Shown here one piece after another: positions 1 through 8,628 of a DNA stretch of 27,098 nucleotides. Origin of the DNA: Chiloscyllium plagiosum (taxonomy: Eukaryota); assembly GCF_004010195.1 (NCBI RefSeq), contig NC_057718.1:92949404-92976501 (forward strand). Direction: 5' to 3'. Under the pieces are notes generated by a model. That model was not told the origin of the DNA. It ran no database searches and saw only the letters and a program-made list of their open reading frames with translations. A program made the position numbers and the translations under genes. Within the stretch, counting starts at the first letter, position 1, and every line of letters begins with the position of its first letter.

Positions 1-254
1 TGGACAGATTGTCTGATGAGGACAGGTTTCACAGGTTGGGCCTGTACTCACTGGAATTTAGAAAAAAAATGAAACATACAAGATTCTTCGGGGACTTGTT
101 AGGGTAGATGCAGAGAGGTTGTTTCCTCGTGTGGAACAGTCTCACTCCAGAGGGCATAATCTCAGAACAACAGGTTGCAAATTTAAGACAGGGATGAAGG
201 GGATCTTCTTCTCTCAGAATGCTGTGAATCTTTGGAATTCTTCACTACAGAGGG
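1..254 (+). mobile_element. CR1-clade LINE fragment (ORF2 C-terminal region), runs off window start
   Basis: Decayed translation LSDEDRFHRLGLYSLEF..TYKILRGL.RVDAERLFP..RGHNLR..FFSQNAVNLWNS matches the CR1 ORF2 C-terminus; it stops before the 3' UTR. Confidence 0.85.
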
Positions 255-258
255 TAAA

Positions 259-495
259 TCATAGGACAACTCCCTCATTGTGGGGACAAATCTCATCAGC
301 ATTTGCCGTACCACCTCCAAGTACATCTTGCTTCAGTATCGAGATCAAAACTTAAAACACTATTCAGGTGTGGCCTGCACCATTGTAGGACAAGTTCTTT
401 AATCCTGAACTTCAAACACCTTGCAATAATGGCTAATATATCATTTGGCTTCTGAATTGTTTGCTGTTTCTGCAAACTAACTTGTATACTGACAT
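259..495 (-). mobile_element. Old CR1 LINE fragment (ORF2 downstream of RT)
   Basis: The minus strand resembles the CR1 ORF2 segment around 'RPHLEY' (+ strand acactattcaggtgtggcct); highly decayed. Confidence 0.65.
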
Positions 496-499
496 GAAC

Positions 500-650
500 G
501 TGGAACAGAATTAGGCCATTTTGCCTTTCAAACTTGCTCCGCCATTTAATAAGATCATGGCTGATCTGATAGTAACCCCAAATCCATGATTTGGCCTATC
601 CCTGACAACTTTTTACCCTTTTGCTTACCAAAAATCTATCCCTTTCTGCC
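500..650 (-). mobile_element. CR1 LINE 3' end fragment lying between the two pieces of the older CR1
   Basis: ttaggccatt..cttgctccgccatttaataagatcatggctgatctgat is the antisense of a typical elasmobranch CR1 3' UTR. Confidence 0.7.
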
Positions 651-721
651 ACTTTGACTATCAATATTAATAAACATAATGCCTTTTGAAAAGTATTCTG
701 CTTGTCTCTCCTGATGAGAAA

Positions 722-918
722 ATGAATAACCTCTCACTTCCCCATGTTATACTCCATCTGTCATCTTAGTACCTATTCACTTAACTCATCTGTCGTTCTA
801 TGCAACCTTTCTGAGTCTTCCTTACAGCTTATATTTCCATCTAGCTTTGTGCTATCAGCAAATTTATATGCATTCTGTCTCTTCAACTGAGTCATTAATA
901 CAGATTGTAAGTAACTGA
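722..918 (-). mobile_element. Old CR1 LINE fragment (RT catalytic region); probable continuation of 259-495
   Basis: The minus strand reads ..KFADSTKLDG.. (decayed FADDTKLGG) and TICIND (IYIND). Confidence 0.65.
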
Positions 919-1026
919 CTTGTAATGTTTTTACTACTTTTTTTTAATGACTATTGCCTGCATAGACATTCCTCACTGATGCACAATTGTTCTTATACCT
1001 TCTGTCCCTTCCTGACCCACTTCTGT

Positions 1027-1327
1027 GGGCGGCATGGTGGCACAGTGGTTAGCACTGTTGCCTCACAGGGCCAGAGACCCGGGTTCAATTCCCACCTCAA
1101 GCGACTGACTGTGTGGAGTTTGCATGTTCTCCCTGTGTCTGCGTGCTCCGGTTTCCTCCCACAGTCCAAAGATGTGCAGGTCAGGTGAATTGGCCATGCT
1201 AAATTGCCTGTAGTGTTAGGTATAGGGGTAAATGTAGGGGTATGGGTGGGTTGCGCTTCGGCGGGTCGGTGTGGACTTGTTGGGCCGAAGGGTCTGTTTC
1301 CACACTGTAATGTAATCTAATCTAATC
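1027..1327 (+). mobile_element. HE1-type V-SINE, (AATCT)n tail
   Basis: tRNA head with A box TGGCACAGTGG and B box GGTTCAATTCC; V-domain TGTGTGGAGTTTGCATGTTCTCCC..GGTTTCCTCCCACAGTCCAAAGATGTGCAGG; 3' end similar to the HER1 LINE end at 1856-2061. Confidence 0.93.
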
Positions 1328-1715
1328 ACTCTGTCTTTTTCTACAATGACCTGTTGTCTTTAACTTACAGTCCTATCCACAGCCCTAGCTATACTCCTCA
1401 AACCTTGTTTCCAATGCAATTAGTAGCTCAGATTTTCAGGACCCGAATTACACTCGAACAGAGATGGACATTTCGAGAGAAAACAACAGCAAAATCATGC
1501 ATGTGGAAGTCCTGTCTCTATTTTCTCCATCATGCATTTCTCTGAAATGTGTGGAGTTGCACTCCTGAACAGGTCAATTATCCTCATAAAGGCTTCATCA
1601 GTTAAGACTCCCAGCCTGTCCCTCCAAAAAGTTTGAACTCAAAGTAGTTTCCTGGTGGAGGCTGGTCTCTGACAACAGAAAGCACCCTGTTTTCCATCTG
1701 CATGGTGAATATCGA

Positions 1716-2150
1716 TTTTTTTATTTCAAAAACATATTTTATTCAATAAAAAAAGCCTTTGTACAGATACATTGTCACAAATGCAGTTTGGTTCTGTGCA
1801 GTTGCATACCAAGTAAACAAACAGACCATTGGACTTTGACTCTATCCAAGAAGAGTGAAGAGCTGCCACAGGGTGTGGTGGAGGCTGGTACAATTGCAAC
1901 ATTTAAGAGGCATTTGGATGGGTATGTGAATAGGAAGGGTTTGGAGGGATGTGGGCCAGGTGCTGGCAGGTGGGACTAGGTTGGGTTGGGATATCTGGTC
2001 GGCATGGACAGGTTGGACCAAAGGGTCTGTTTCCATGCTGTACATCTCTATGACTCTATGACCTCTCTTATACATACAATTATTTACATATATTTGAGGC
2101 ACCAGGAGGATCTGATAACTGAATAGATCTCCATTTACCTTCTCCATGGT
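1716..2150 (-). mobile_element. Probable L1/Tx1-type LINE 3' UTR with poly(A), interrupted by the HER1 fragment at 1856-2061
   Basis: The minus strand ends TTTATTGAATAAAATATGTTTTTGAAATAAAAAAA (polyA signal plus A tail typical of L1/Tx1 ends); the right boundary is uncertain. Confidence 0.45.
1856..2061 (+). mobile_element. HER1/CR1 LINE 3' end, 5'-truncated
   Basis: Encodes ELPQGVVEAGTIATFKRHLDGYVNRKGLEG..GRWD* (CR1 ORF2 end), then the 3' UTR and a (CTCTATGA)n tail. Confidence 0.92.
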
Positions 2151-2473
2151 GACAATCCACCCTCCAGAGACTGTTCTGGCTGGCACCTCCAGCATTAAGT
2201 GAACATTAAAGGGTAAGCATCCCTTTAAGTAGTGAACTTCCCTTAAAGTAATGCTTGAAATCAATGTCAACACTTACCCCAATAAGACCGTTTACTGTGA
2301 ATCAAAATCACTAAACCTTTGCTTGCCTCACTGATGAACACTTACAGGCACATTTAATGATAACTGTTATTTAACAAGATTTTGGGTGACCATTTGAACA
2401 GCCGGTTTCAATTCCTTTACCAAAACGAAGACAGTGCTATTTTCTGCATCTGCAGATTGGAAGAAGTAAAAAT

Positions 2474-2985
2474 TGCCCTTAGTAGAGTGATATGCTCTTC
2501 TTGTCGGAGGTGGGAGTTTAGGGACGTTTCTGTGGCCAGCAGCGAAAAAGCAGAATGGTGTGTTGCCTCCCTGGTGCCAGGATCAAGGATGTCTCAGGAA
2601 GGGTGCGGAATGTTCTCAAGGGGGAGAGGGCCAGCAGGAGGTTATTGTACATGATGGAACCAATGACATAGGAAGGGAAAAGAATGAGATTCTGAAGGGA
2701 GAATATAGAGTGGTAGGAATTTAAAAAGGAGGTTCTCGAGAGAAGTAATATCTGGATTACTCCCAGTGCTACAAGCTAGTGAGGACTGGAATAAGAAGGA
2801 TAGAGTAGATGAATGCATGGCTGAAGAGCTAGTGTATGGGAGAAGGATTCACATTTTTGGATCATTAGAATCTCTTCTGTGATAGAAATGACCTGTACAA
2901 GAAGGATGGATTGCACCTGAATTGGAAGTGGACTAATATACTGGCAAGGAGATTTGCTAGAGCTGCTTAGGAAGATTTAAGCTAG
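2474..2985 (+). pseudogene. CR1 ORF1 remnant (CxxC N-terminus fused by deletion to SGNH/GDSL esterase-like domain)
   Basis: LSRVICSSCRRWEFR, then RMVCCLPGARIKDVS..VIVHDGTNDIGR..DLYKKDGLHLN (GxND and DxxH blocks of CR1 ORF1 esterases). Confidence 0.85.
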
Positions 2986-3118
2986 TAAAGTGGGGGGATG
3001 GGACCCAGGGAGATAGTGAGGAAAGAGATCAATCTGAGACTGATACAGTTGAGAAAAGACGCAAGTCAAACAGCCAGGGCAGGCAGGGACAAAGCAGAGA
3101 ACAAGGTAGGACTGACAA

Positions 3119-3743
3119 ATTAAACTGCATTTATTTCAATGCAAGAGGCCGAACAGGGAAGGCAGATGAACTCAGGGCATGCTTAGGAACATGGGACTGG
3201 GATATCATAGTAATTACGGAAACATGGCTTAGGGATGGACAGGACTGGCAGCTGAATGTTCCAGGATGCAAACACTACAGAAAGAATAGAATGGGAGGCA
3301 AGAGAGGAGAGGGAGTGGTGTTTTCGATAAGGGAGAACATTACAGTTGCGCTGAGGGAGGATATTCCCGGAAATCCATCCAAGGAAGTTATTTGGATGGA
3401 ACTGAGGAATAAGAAAGGGATGATCACCTTATTAAGACTATATTATAGACCCTCAATAGTCAGTGTGAAATTGAGAAACATCTTTGTTAGGAGATCTCAG
3501 TTATCTATAAGAAAAATAGGGTAGTTATGGTAGGGGATTTTATCTTGCCAAACATAGACTGGGACTATCATAGTATGGAGGGTTTAGATGGGGAGGAATT
3601 TGTTAAGTGTGTACAAGAAATTTTCCTGATTCAGTATGTGGATGTACCTACTAGAGAAGGTGCAAAACTTGACCTATTTTTGGGAAGTAAGGCAGGGCAG
3701 GTGACTGAGGTGTCAGTGGGGGGCCAGTGACCATAATTCTATT
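3119..3743 (+). pseudogene. CR1 ORF2 APE endonuclease remnant
   Basis: LNCIYFNARG..DIIVITETWL..LYYRP..MVGDF.LPNIDW..PTREGAKLDL..SDHNSI. Confidence 0.9.
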
Positions 3744-3890
3744 AGAGTCATAGAGTCATACAGATGTACAGCATGGAAGCAGACCCTCCAGTCCAAATCG
3801 TCCATGCTGACTAGATATCCCAATCCAATCTAGTCCCACCTGCCAGCACCCAGCCCATATCCCTCCAAGCCTTTCCGATCCACATACCCA
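3743..3890 (-). mobile_element. HER1/CR1 3' end fragment, antisense, inside the large CR1
   Basis: Reverse complement closely matches about 1919-2061 of this window, including the (CTCTATGA)n tail (+ strand TAGAGTCATAGAGTCATA). Confidence 0.92.
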
Positions 3891-4901
3891 GAGAAAGTGA
3901 GGACTGCAGATGTTGGAGATCATAATTGAGAGTGTGGTGCTGCAAAAGCACAGCAGGTCATGCAGAATCTGAGGAGCAGGAGAATCGACGTTTCAGGCAT
4001 AAGCCCTTTATCAGGAATGAGGTTTGTGGGCCAGGGGGCTGAGAGATAAATGGGAGGGGGATTGCGTTGGGGGAGAGGTAGCTGAGAATGCGATAGGTAG
4101 ATGTAAGTGAGGGAGAAAGTGATAAGTCAGAGATGAGAGTGGAACGGATAGATGGGAAATGTGATGGATAGGTCAGGAAAGTGGTGCCGAGTTGGAGGCT
4201 TGGGACTGAGATAGTGGAATTTGTTATTCTGGGAACAGATGCGGCAGAGGTGGAAGAATTGGGAATGAGGGGTGGCATTTTTACAGGAGGTAGGATGGGA
4301 GGACGTGTAGTCGAGGTATCTGTGGTAGTCAGTAGGCTTGTAATAGATGTCCGTGTTGAGTTGATCGCCGGAGATGGAGATGGTGAGGTCCAGGAAGGGG
4401 AAGGAGGTGTCTGAGATGGTCCAGGTGCATTTGAGGTCTGGGTGAAAGGTGTTAGTGAAGTTGATGAACTGCTCAACCTCCTCGTGGGAGCACAAGGTAG
4501 CGCCGATACAGTCATTGATGCAGCAGAAGAACAGATGGGGTTGGCGCTGGTGGATGGACTGTTCAACGTACCCGACAAAAAGGCAGGCATAGCTGGGTTC
4601 CATGCAGGTGCCCAAGGCTACCCCTTTGGTTTGGAGGAAGTGGAAGGATTGGAAGGAGAAGGTGTTAAGGGTGAGGACCAGTTCAGCCAGGCACAGCCAG
4701 CCAAGTGGAACTCCCCACCTACATTCGGAACACCACCCACGCACTTCACCTCCTCCAAGATTTTTGTTTCACTGGCCCCCATCTTCATCGCGGACATCCA
4801 GTCCCTGTACACATCTACCCGCCACGATGTAGGCTTCCAAGCACTCTGTTTCTTACTCTCATGCCGTCCCAACCAATAACCTTCCACGGCCACTCTCATC
4901 C
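3891..4901 (-). mobile_element. Penelope-like element (RT remnant plus terminal repeat), internal deletion near 4212, 5' part (4707-4901) inverted
   Basis: Minus ORF LAELVLTLNTFSF..QTKGVALGTCMEPSYA..INDCIG..FLDLTI..YYKPTD..YLDYTSSHP (PLE RT); plus-strand piece ELPTYIR.TT..IFIADIQSLYTS (RT motif A); terminus homologous to 23753-23880; flanked by ACCCA at 3886-3890 and 4902-4906. Confidence 0.9.
3983..4018 (-). ncRNA. Degenerate minimal hammerhead ribozyme in Penelope terminal repeat (G8 to A)
   Basis: Minus strand ATTC-CTGATAA-A-GGGC-TTAT-GCCT-GAAAC-GTC-GATT; the core differs from CUGANGA at G8. Confidence 0.65.
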
Positions 4902-4951
4902 ACCCAACTTTGAGATCTGGTCTATCCCTTTCCATCACTATTTTAAAACTA

Positions 4952-6160
4952 GGATGACTAAAGAAATTGAGGGTTTAGTAAAAAGAAGGAAGCAAATGTC
5001 AGGTATAGACAGGATAGATCAAATGAATCCTTAGAAGAGTATAAAGGCAGTAGGAGTAGACTTAAGAGGGAAATCAGGAGGGCAAAAAGGGGACAGGAGA
5101 TAGCTTTGGTAAATAGAGTTAAGGACAATGCAAAGGTTTTTACAAATACATTAAGGACAAAAGAGTTACTAGGGAGAGAATAGGGCCTCTCAAAGATCAG
5201 TAGGGCTGCTTTTGTGTGGAGCCGCAGGAGATGGGGGGAAATGCTAAACAAATATTTTGCATTAATCTTTATTGTGTAAAAAAATATGGAAGGTATAGAA
5301 TGTGAGAAGATAGATGGAGACATTTTCAAAAATGTCCATAGTACAGAGGAGGAAGTGCTGGATGTCTTGAAAGGCATAAAAGTAGATAAATCCCTAGGAC
5401 CGGATCAGGTGTATCCTAGAACTCTGTGGGAAGCTAGGGAAGTGATTGCTGGGCCTCTTGCTGAGATATTTGTATCATTGATAGTCACAGGTGAGGTGCC
5501 AGAAGACTGGAGGTTGGCTAACATGGTGCCACTATTTAAAAAAGGTGGTAAGGACAAGCCAGGGAATTATAGACCAGGGAGTCTGACATCGGTGGTGGGC
5601 AAGTTGTTGGAGAGAATCCTGAGGGACAGGATGTGCATGTACTTGGAAAGGCAAGGACTTATTAGGGATAGTCAACATGTCTTTGTGTGTGGGAAATCAT
5701 GTCTCGCGAACTTGATTGAGTTTTTTGAAGAAGTTACAAAGAGGATTGATGAGGGCAGAGTGATAGGCATGATCTATATGGACTTCAGTAAGGCATTCGA
5801 CAAGGATCGCCATGGGAGACTGGTTAGCAAGGTTAGATCTCATGGAGTACAGGGAGGACTAGCCATTTGGATACAGAACTGGCTCAAAGTTGGAAGACAG
5901 AGGGTGGTGGTGGAGGGTTGTTTTTCAGATTAGAGGCCTGTAACCAGTGGTGTGCCACTAAGATCAGTGTTGGGTCCAATACTTTTCATCATTTATATAA
6001 AAGATTTGGATGTGAGCTTAAGAGGAATAGTTAGTAAGTTTGCAGATGACAACAAAATTGGAGGTGTAGTGGACAGTGAAGAAGGTTGCCTTGGATTACA
6101 ACGGGATCTTGATCAGATGAGCCAATGGGCTGAGGAGTTTAATTTAGATAAATGCAAGGT
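4952..6160 (+). pseudogene. CR1 ORF2 reverse transcriptase remnant
   Basis: KSLGPDQVYPR..VPEDWRLANMVPLFKKG..NYRPGSLTSVVGKLLE..YMDFSKAFDK..GVPLRSVLGPILF.IYI.DL..KFADDNKIGG; in-frame stops. Confidence 0.93.
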
Positions 6161-6957
6161 CCTCCTTTGTCCATCGAGTAATCAGGCCAAAATCTATACT
6201 TTGGCTTTAGAAAGTCTGTAGTCCAGTGGATTTCTGATGATGACATCAAGTTATTATAGAATCAACATTAACAATGCAAATTAGGGATACTGCGTTAAGA
6301 ATTGGTTTTAACAGATTACTTTAAAGCTAATTATAAAAGCAAGTTTGTTTTTAACAGGGCTCCACCATGGAATTATTTTATAAGTTGAATGTCGTTCAGA
6401 ACATTCCTTTCCCAATTTCGTAATACTTTGAATATGGAGGCATGCATATTCAATGTTACTTTGTTTTAAATGTATTGTATAAACGCTTCCAAGTGAAAAA
6501 TTATTGACATTTGAAATACCAGAGAGAATAAAAGTATGTGCATTATATTACTTTTTCCTGTCTGCTATTAATCATGGGGAACAGTAAGTATCTGGGACAA
6601 GATTACAAGGGCCCAGTGGAGTTAATGTTTGTAATGGCCCTTCAAACTATAAAAAAAGAACAAGACAAAGGTCCAAGGCCTATATTGCATGATCAAGATT
6701 GAAAAGAGTGTGACCTAGGGAAGTTGAGAAAAGTGAACAATAAAAACTTGTGTTTAGAAATATGTGTTGAATACTGAGATTATGTGATAGTTATCATTCG
6801 TTGTCACTTTGTCTCTTTGTCACTTTTTGGAACTTAGCTAAATGTGTTATTGCATTACTGCTACATCTTTTGCTGGAAATTTAAGATGATATTTAGGGTC
6901 AAACAAGTATTTGGACACCTGTTATAATGCCTTCTCCTTTGACATTAGAGGCAATGC

Positions 6958-7088
6958 TTGAACAAAAAAGTCATTGACCTGAGACGTTAACTCTTCATTT
7001 CTCTCCATAGATGCTGCCTGAACTGTTGGCTACTTCCAACACTTCCTGTTTTTCTTTCAGATTTACATTTGCTGTATTTTCCTTTTGT
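6958..7088 (+). mobile_element. Solo decayed Penelope-type terminal repeat with hammerhead vestige
   Basis: GTCATTGACC-TGAGACGTTAACTC..CTCTCCATAGATGCTGCCTGAACTGTTG..TTCCAACA resembles the arms of 23241-23698. Confidence 0.65.
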
Positions 7089-7159
7089 GTTAGACCTGCA
7101 CTCCAAGCATTTCTGGTCCCATGATAACTTGTTTTATTCATTCTACAATCTGACATAAA

Positions 7160-8030
7160 AGTCCTCCCACATTCCATCAGGGAACTGGGGTGGAGGGTAT
7201 TGCAGGCATCAATCCTGCATAAGAGCAGATTGTGATGGTACACGGACTTCTAGCCTAGCTGTTTATACTGCGGCGCTGTGGAGTCCATGGACTAAGTGTA
7301 TTTGCACTCCCTTTTTTGGTTATGTGAAGAACCTCAAGTTGTGTTTTGGTTGCACTTCAGCCCTATGCTTCTAATCTTTGGTGACTTGATATGGAGGGGT
7401 ATGGGCAGATCTCCTCATGTGTCTGCCCCTGGGCTTGGCCAAGCTGGCTATAAACAAGTCCAGGCATTGGGCTGTGGAAGTGGAATGGGGGTGATGGGAG
7501 GGGTCATTGCTGCCCACTGCCTGGCTATTCTCTGTAGTTCTGATTAGGCTGGGGCAGCACGGAGGCTCAGTGGTTAGCACTGCTTCCTCACAGTGTCAGA
7601 GACCCGGGTTCAAATCCCACCTCGGGTGACTATCTGTGTGGAGTTTGCACATTCTCCCTGTGTCTGTGTGAGTTCCCTCTGGGTGCTCCGGTTTCCTCCC
7701 ACAATCCAAAGATGTGCAGGTCAGGTGAATTGGCCATGCTAAATTGCCCATTGGGTTCAGGGATGTGTTAATGAGGGGTAAATGTAGAATAGGTTTGGGT
7801 GGAATACTCTTCTAAAGATTGGTGTGGACTTGTTGTGCTGAAGAGCCTGTTTCCACACTGTAGGGATTCTATGAAAACTTCTATGCATCATTGGAGAGGG
7901 AACATGCTGTGTCCAGCAATGCTCTTGATGCCTTTAGAGTGAGATGGGGCACCATGGGGTATGTTTTGCTTTATTTTCCCTCCAGTTCAGTTCCTGCACT
8001 CTCTCCCTAACCCGCTCAATTTTTGATGTT
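7160..8030 (+). mobile_element. Old Tx1/L1-clade LINE, ORF2 C-terminus, interrupted by HE1 at 7551-7873
   Basis: Decayed frames ELGWRVL..CLYCGAVESMD*VY (CxxC..ES..H zinc motif)..LHFSPMLLIFG..LGLAKLAINKSR, resuming after the SINE as SLEREHAVSSNALDAFRVRW. Confidence 0.75.
7551..7873 (+). mobile_element. HE1-type V-SINE
   Basis: A/B boxes (GGCTCAGTGG, GGTTCAAATCC), V-domain, CR1-like tail ..CCACACTGTAGGGATTCTATGA. Confidence 0.92.
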
Positions 8031-8142
8031 AGCATTGCCCTTAAGACGTTTTGCTTGTAAACATTCAATTGGTCAGGCAGGTCTTTCCCTGGCAGTGGAA
8101 TATTTTGGCTGGTAGGGTGATCCTTTGATAGAAATGTATGTA

Positions 8143-8486
8143 TTTATTTGTTCATTGGATGTGGGCAGTGGTGGCTCAGTCTGCATTTATTGTCCATCCC
8201 TAATTACCCAGAGGGTAGTTAAGAGTCAACCACGTTTTCACAGATCTGCAGTTGCATGTTGGCCAGGCTAGGTAAGGATAGCAGATTTCTTTCCTTAAAG
8301 GGCATTCATGAATCAATCTTTTTTTGTACCAATAGTAGTTGCATTAGTCTAGCTTTTTATCGCACTGAATTCAATTCAAGTTTTACCATTTGCCATAGTG
8401 GGATTTGAACCAGTGTCCTCAGAACATTGAACTGGGAGTTCTGGATTACCAGTCCAGCAATACTACCATGGCTCCATCGCTTCCCC
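8143..8486 (-). mobile_element. tRNA-derived SINE (non-HE1) with a 3' end shared with the LINE family at 18325-19284
   Basis: Minus strand has a tRNA-like head with B box GGTTCAAATCC; its tail GGGTAATTAGGGATGGACAATAAATGC..CCCACATCC matches LINE ends near 16885, 19216, 21220 and 26245. Confidence 0.75.
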
Positions 8487-8496
8487 AAAAGAAAGT

Positions 8497-8628
8497 TTGA
8501 TAATATTTAAAAAGGAAAGGTTTGCAGGAATTATGGAAAAAGGGCAGGGGAGTGGAACTAGCTGGATAAAAGAGTCCACACAAATACAGTGGACCAATTG
8601 GTCTCCATCTGTTTTGTCAGATTCATGT
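8497..8628 (+). mobile_element. Old CR1 3' end fragment
   Basis: TTTGCAGGAATTATGGAAAAAGGGCAGGGGAGTGGAACTAG..GGACCAATTGGTCTCCATCTGT resembles the CR1 ORF2 end and 3' UTR. Confidence 0.6.

Larger units (their letters stand above)
2470..6160 (+). mobile_element. Near full-length but dead HER1/CR1 LINE; internally deleted, interrupted at 3743-4951, 3' end missing
   Basis: Ordered ORF1 (Cys motif, SGNH-like esterase), ORF2 APE endonuclease, then RT; multiple stops and frameshifts. Confidence 0.93.

Noticed and set aside
1027..1100. tRNA gene
   Set aside because: The A/B boxes belong to a SINE head followed by the V-domain; there is no full cloverleaf. The same holds for the other SINE heads.
1354..1712. 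Moderate-GC unique stretch as a coding exon
   Set aside because: The frames I translated on both strands close within about 65 codons and resemble no protein I recognise.
5286..5933. 215-aa RT ORF as an active or domesticated gene
   Set aside because: It is a fragment of a CR1 ORF2 bounded by stops and frameshifts, with degenerate motifs (PLRSVLGP for PQGSVLGP).
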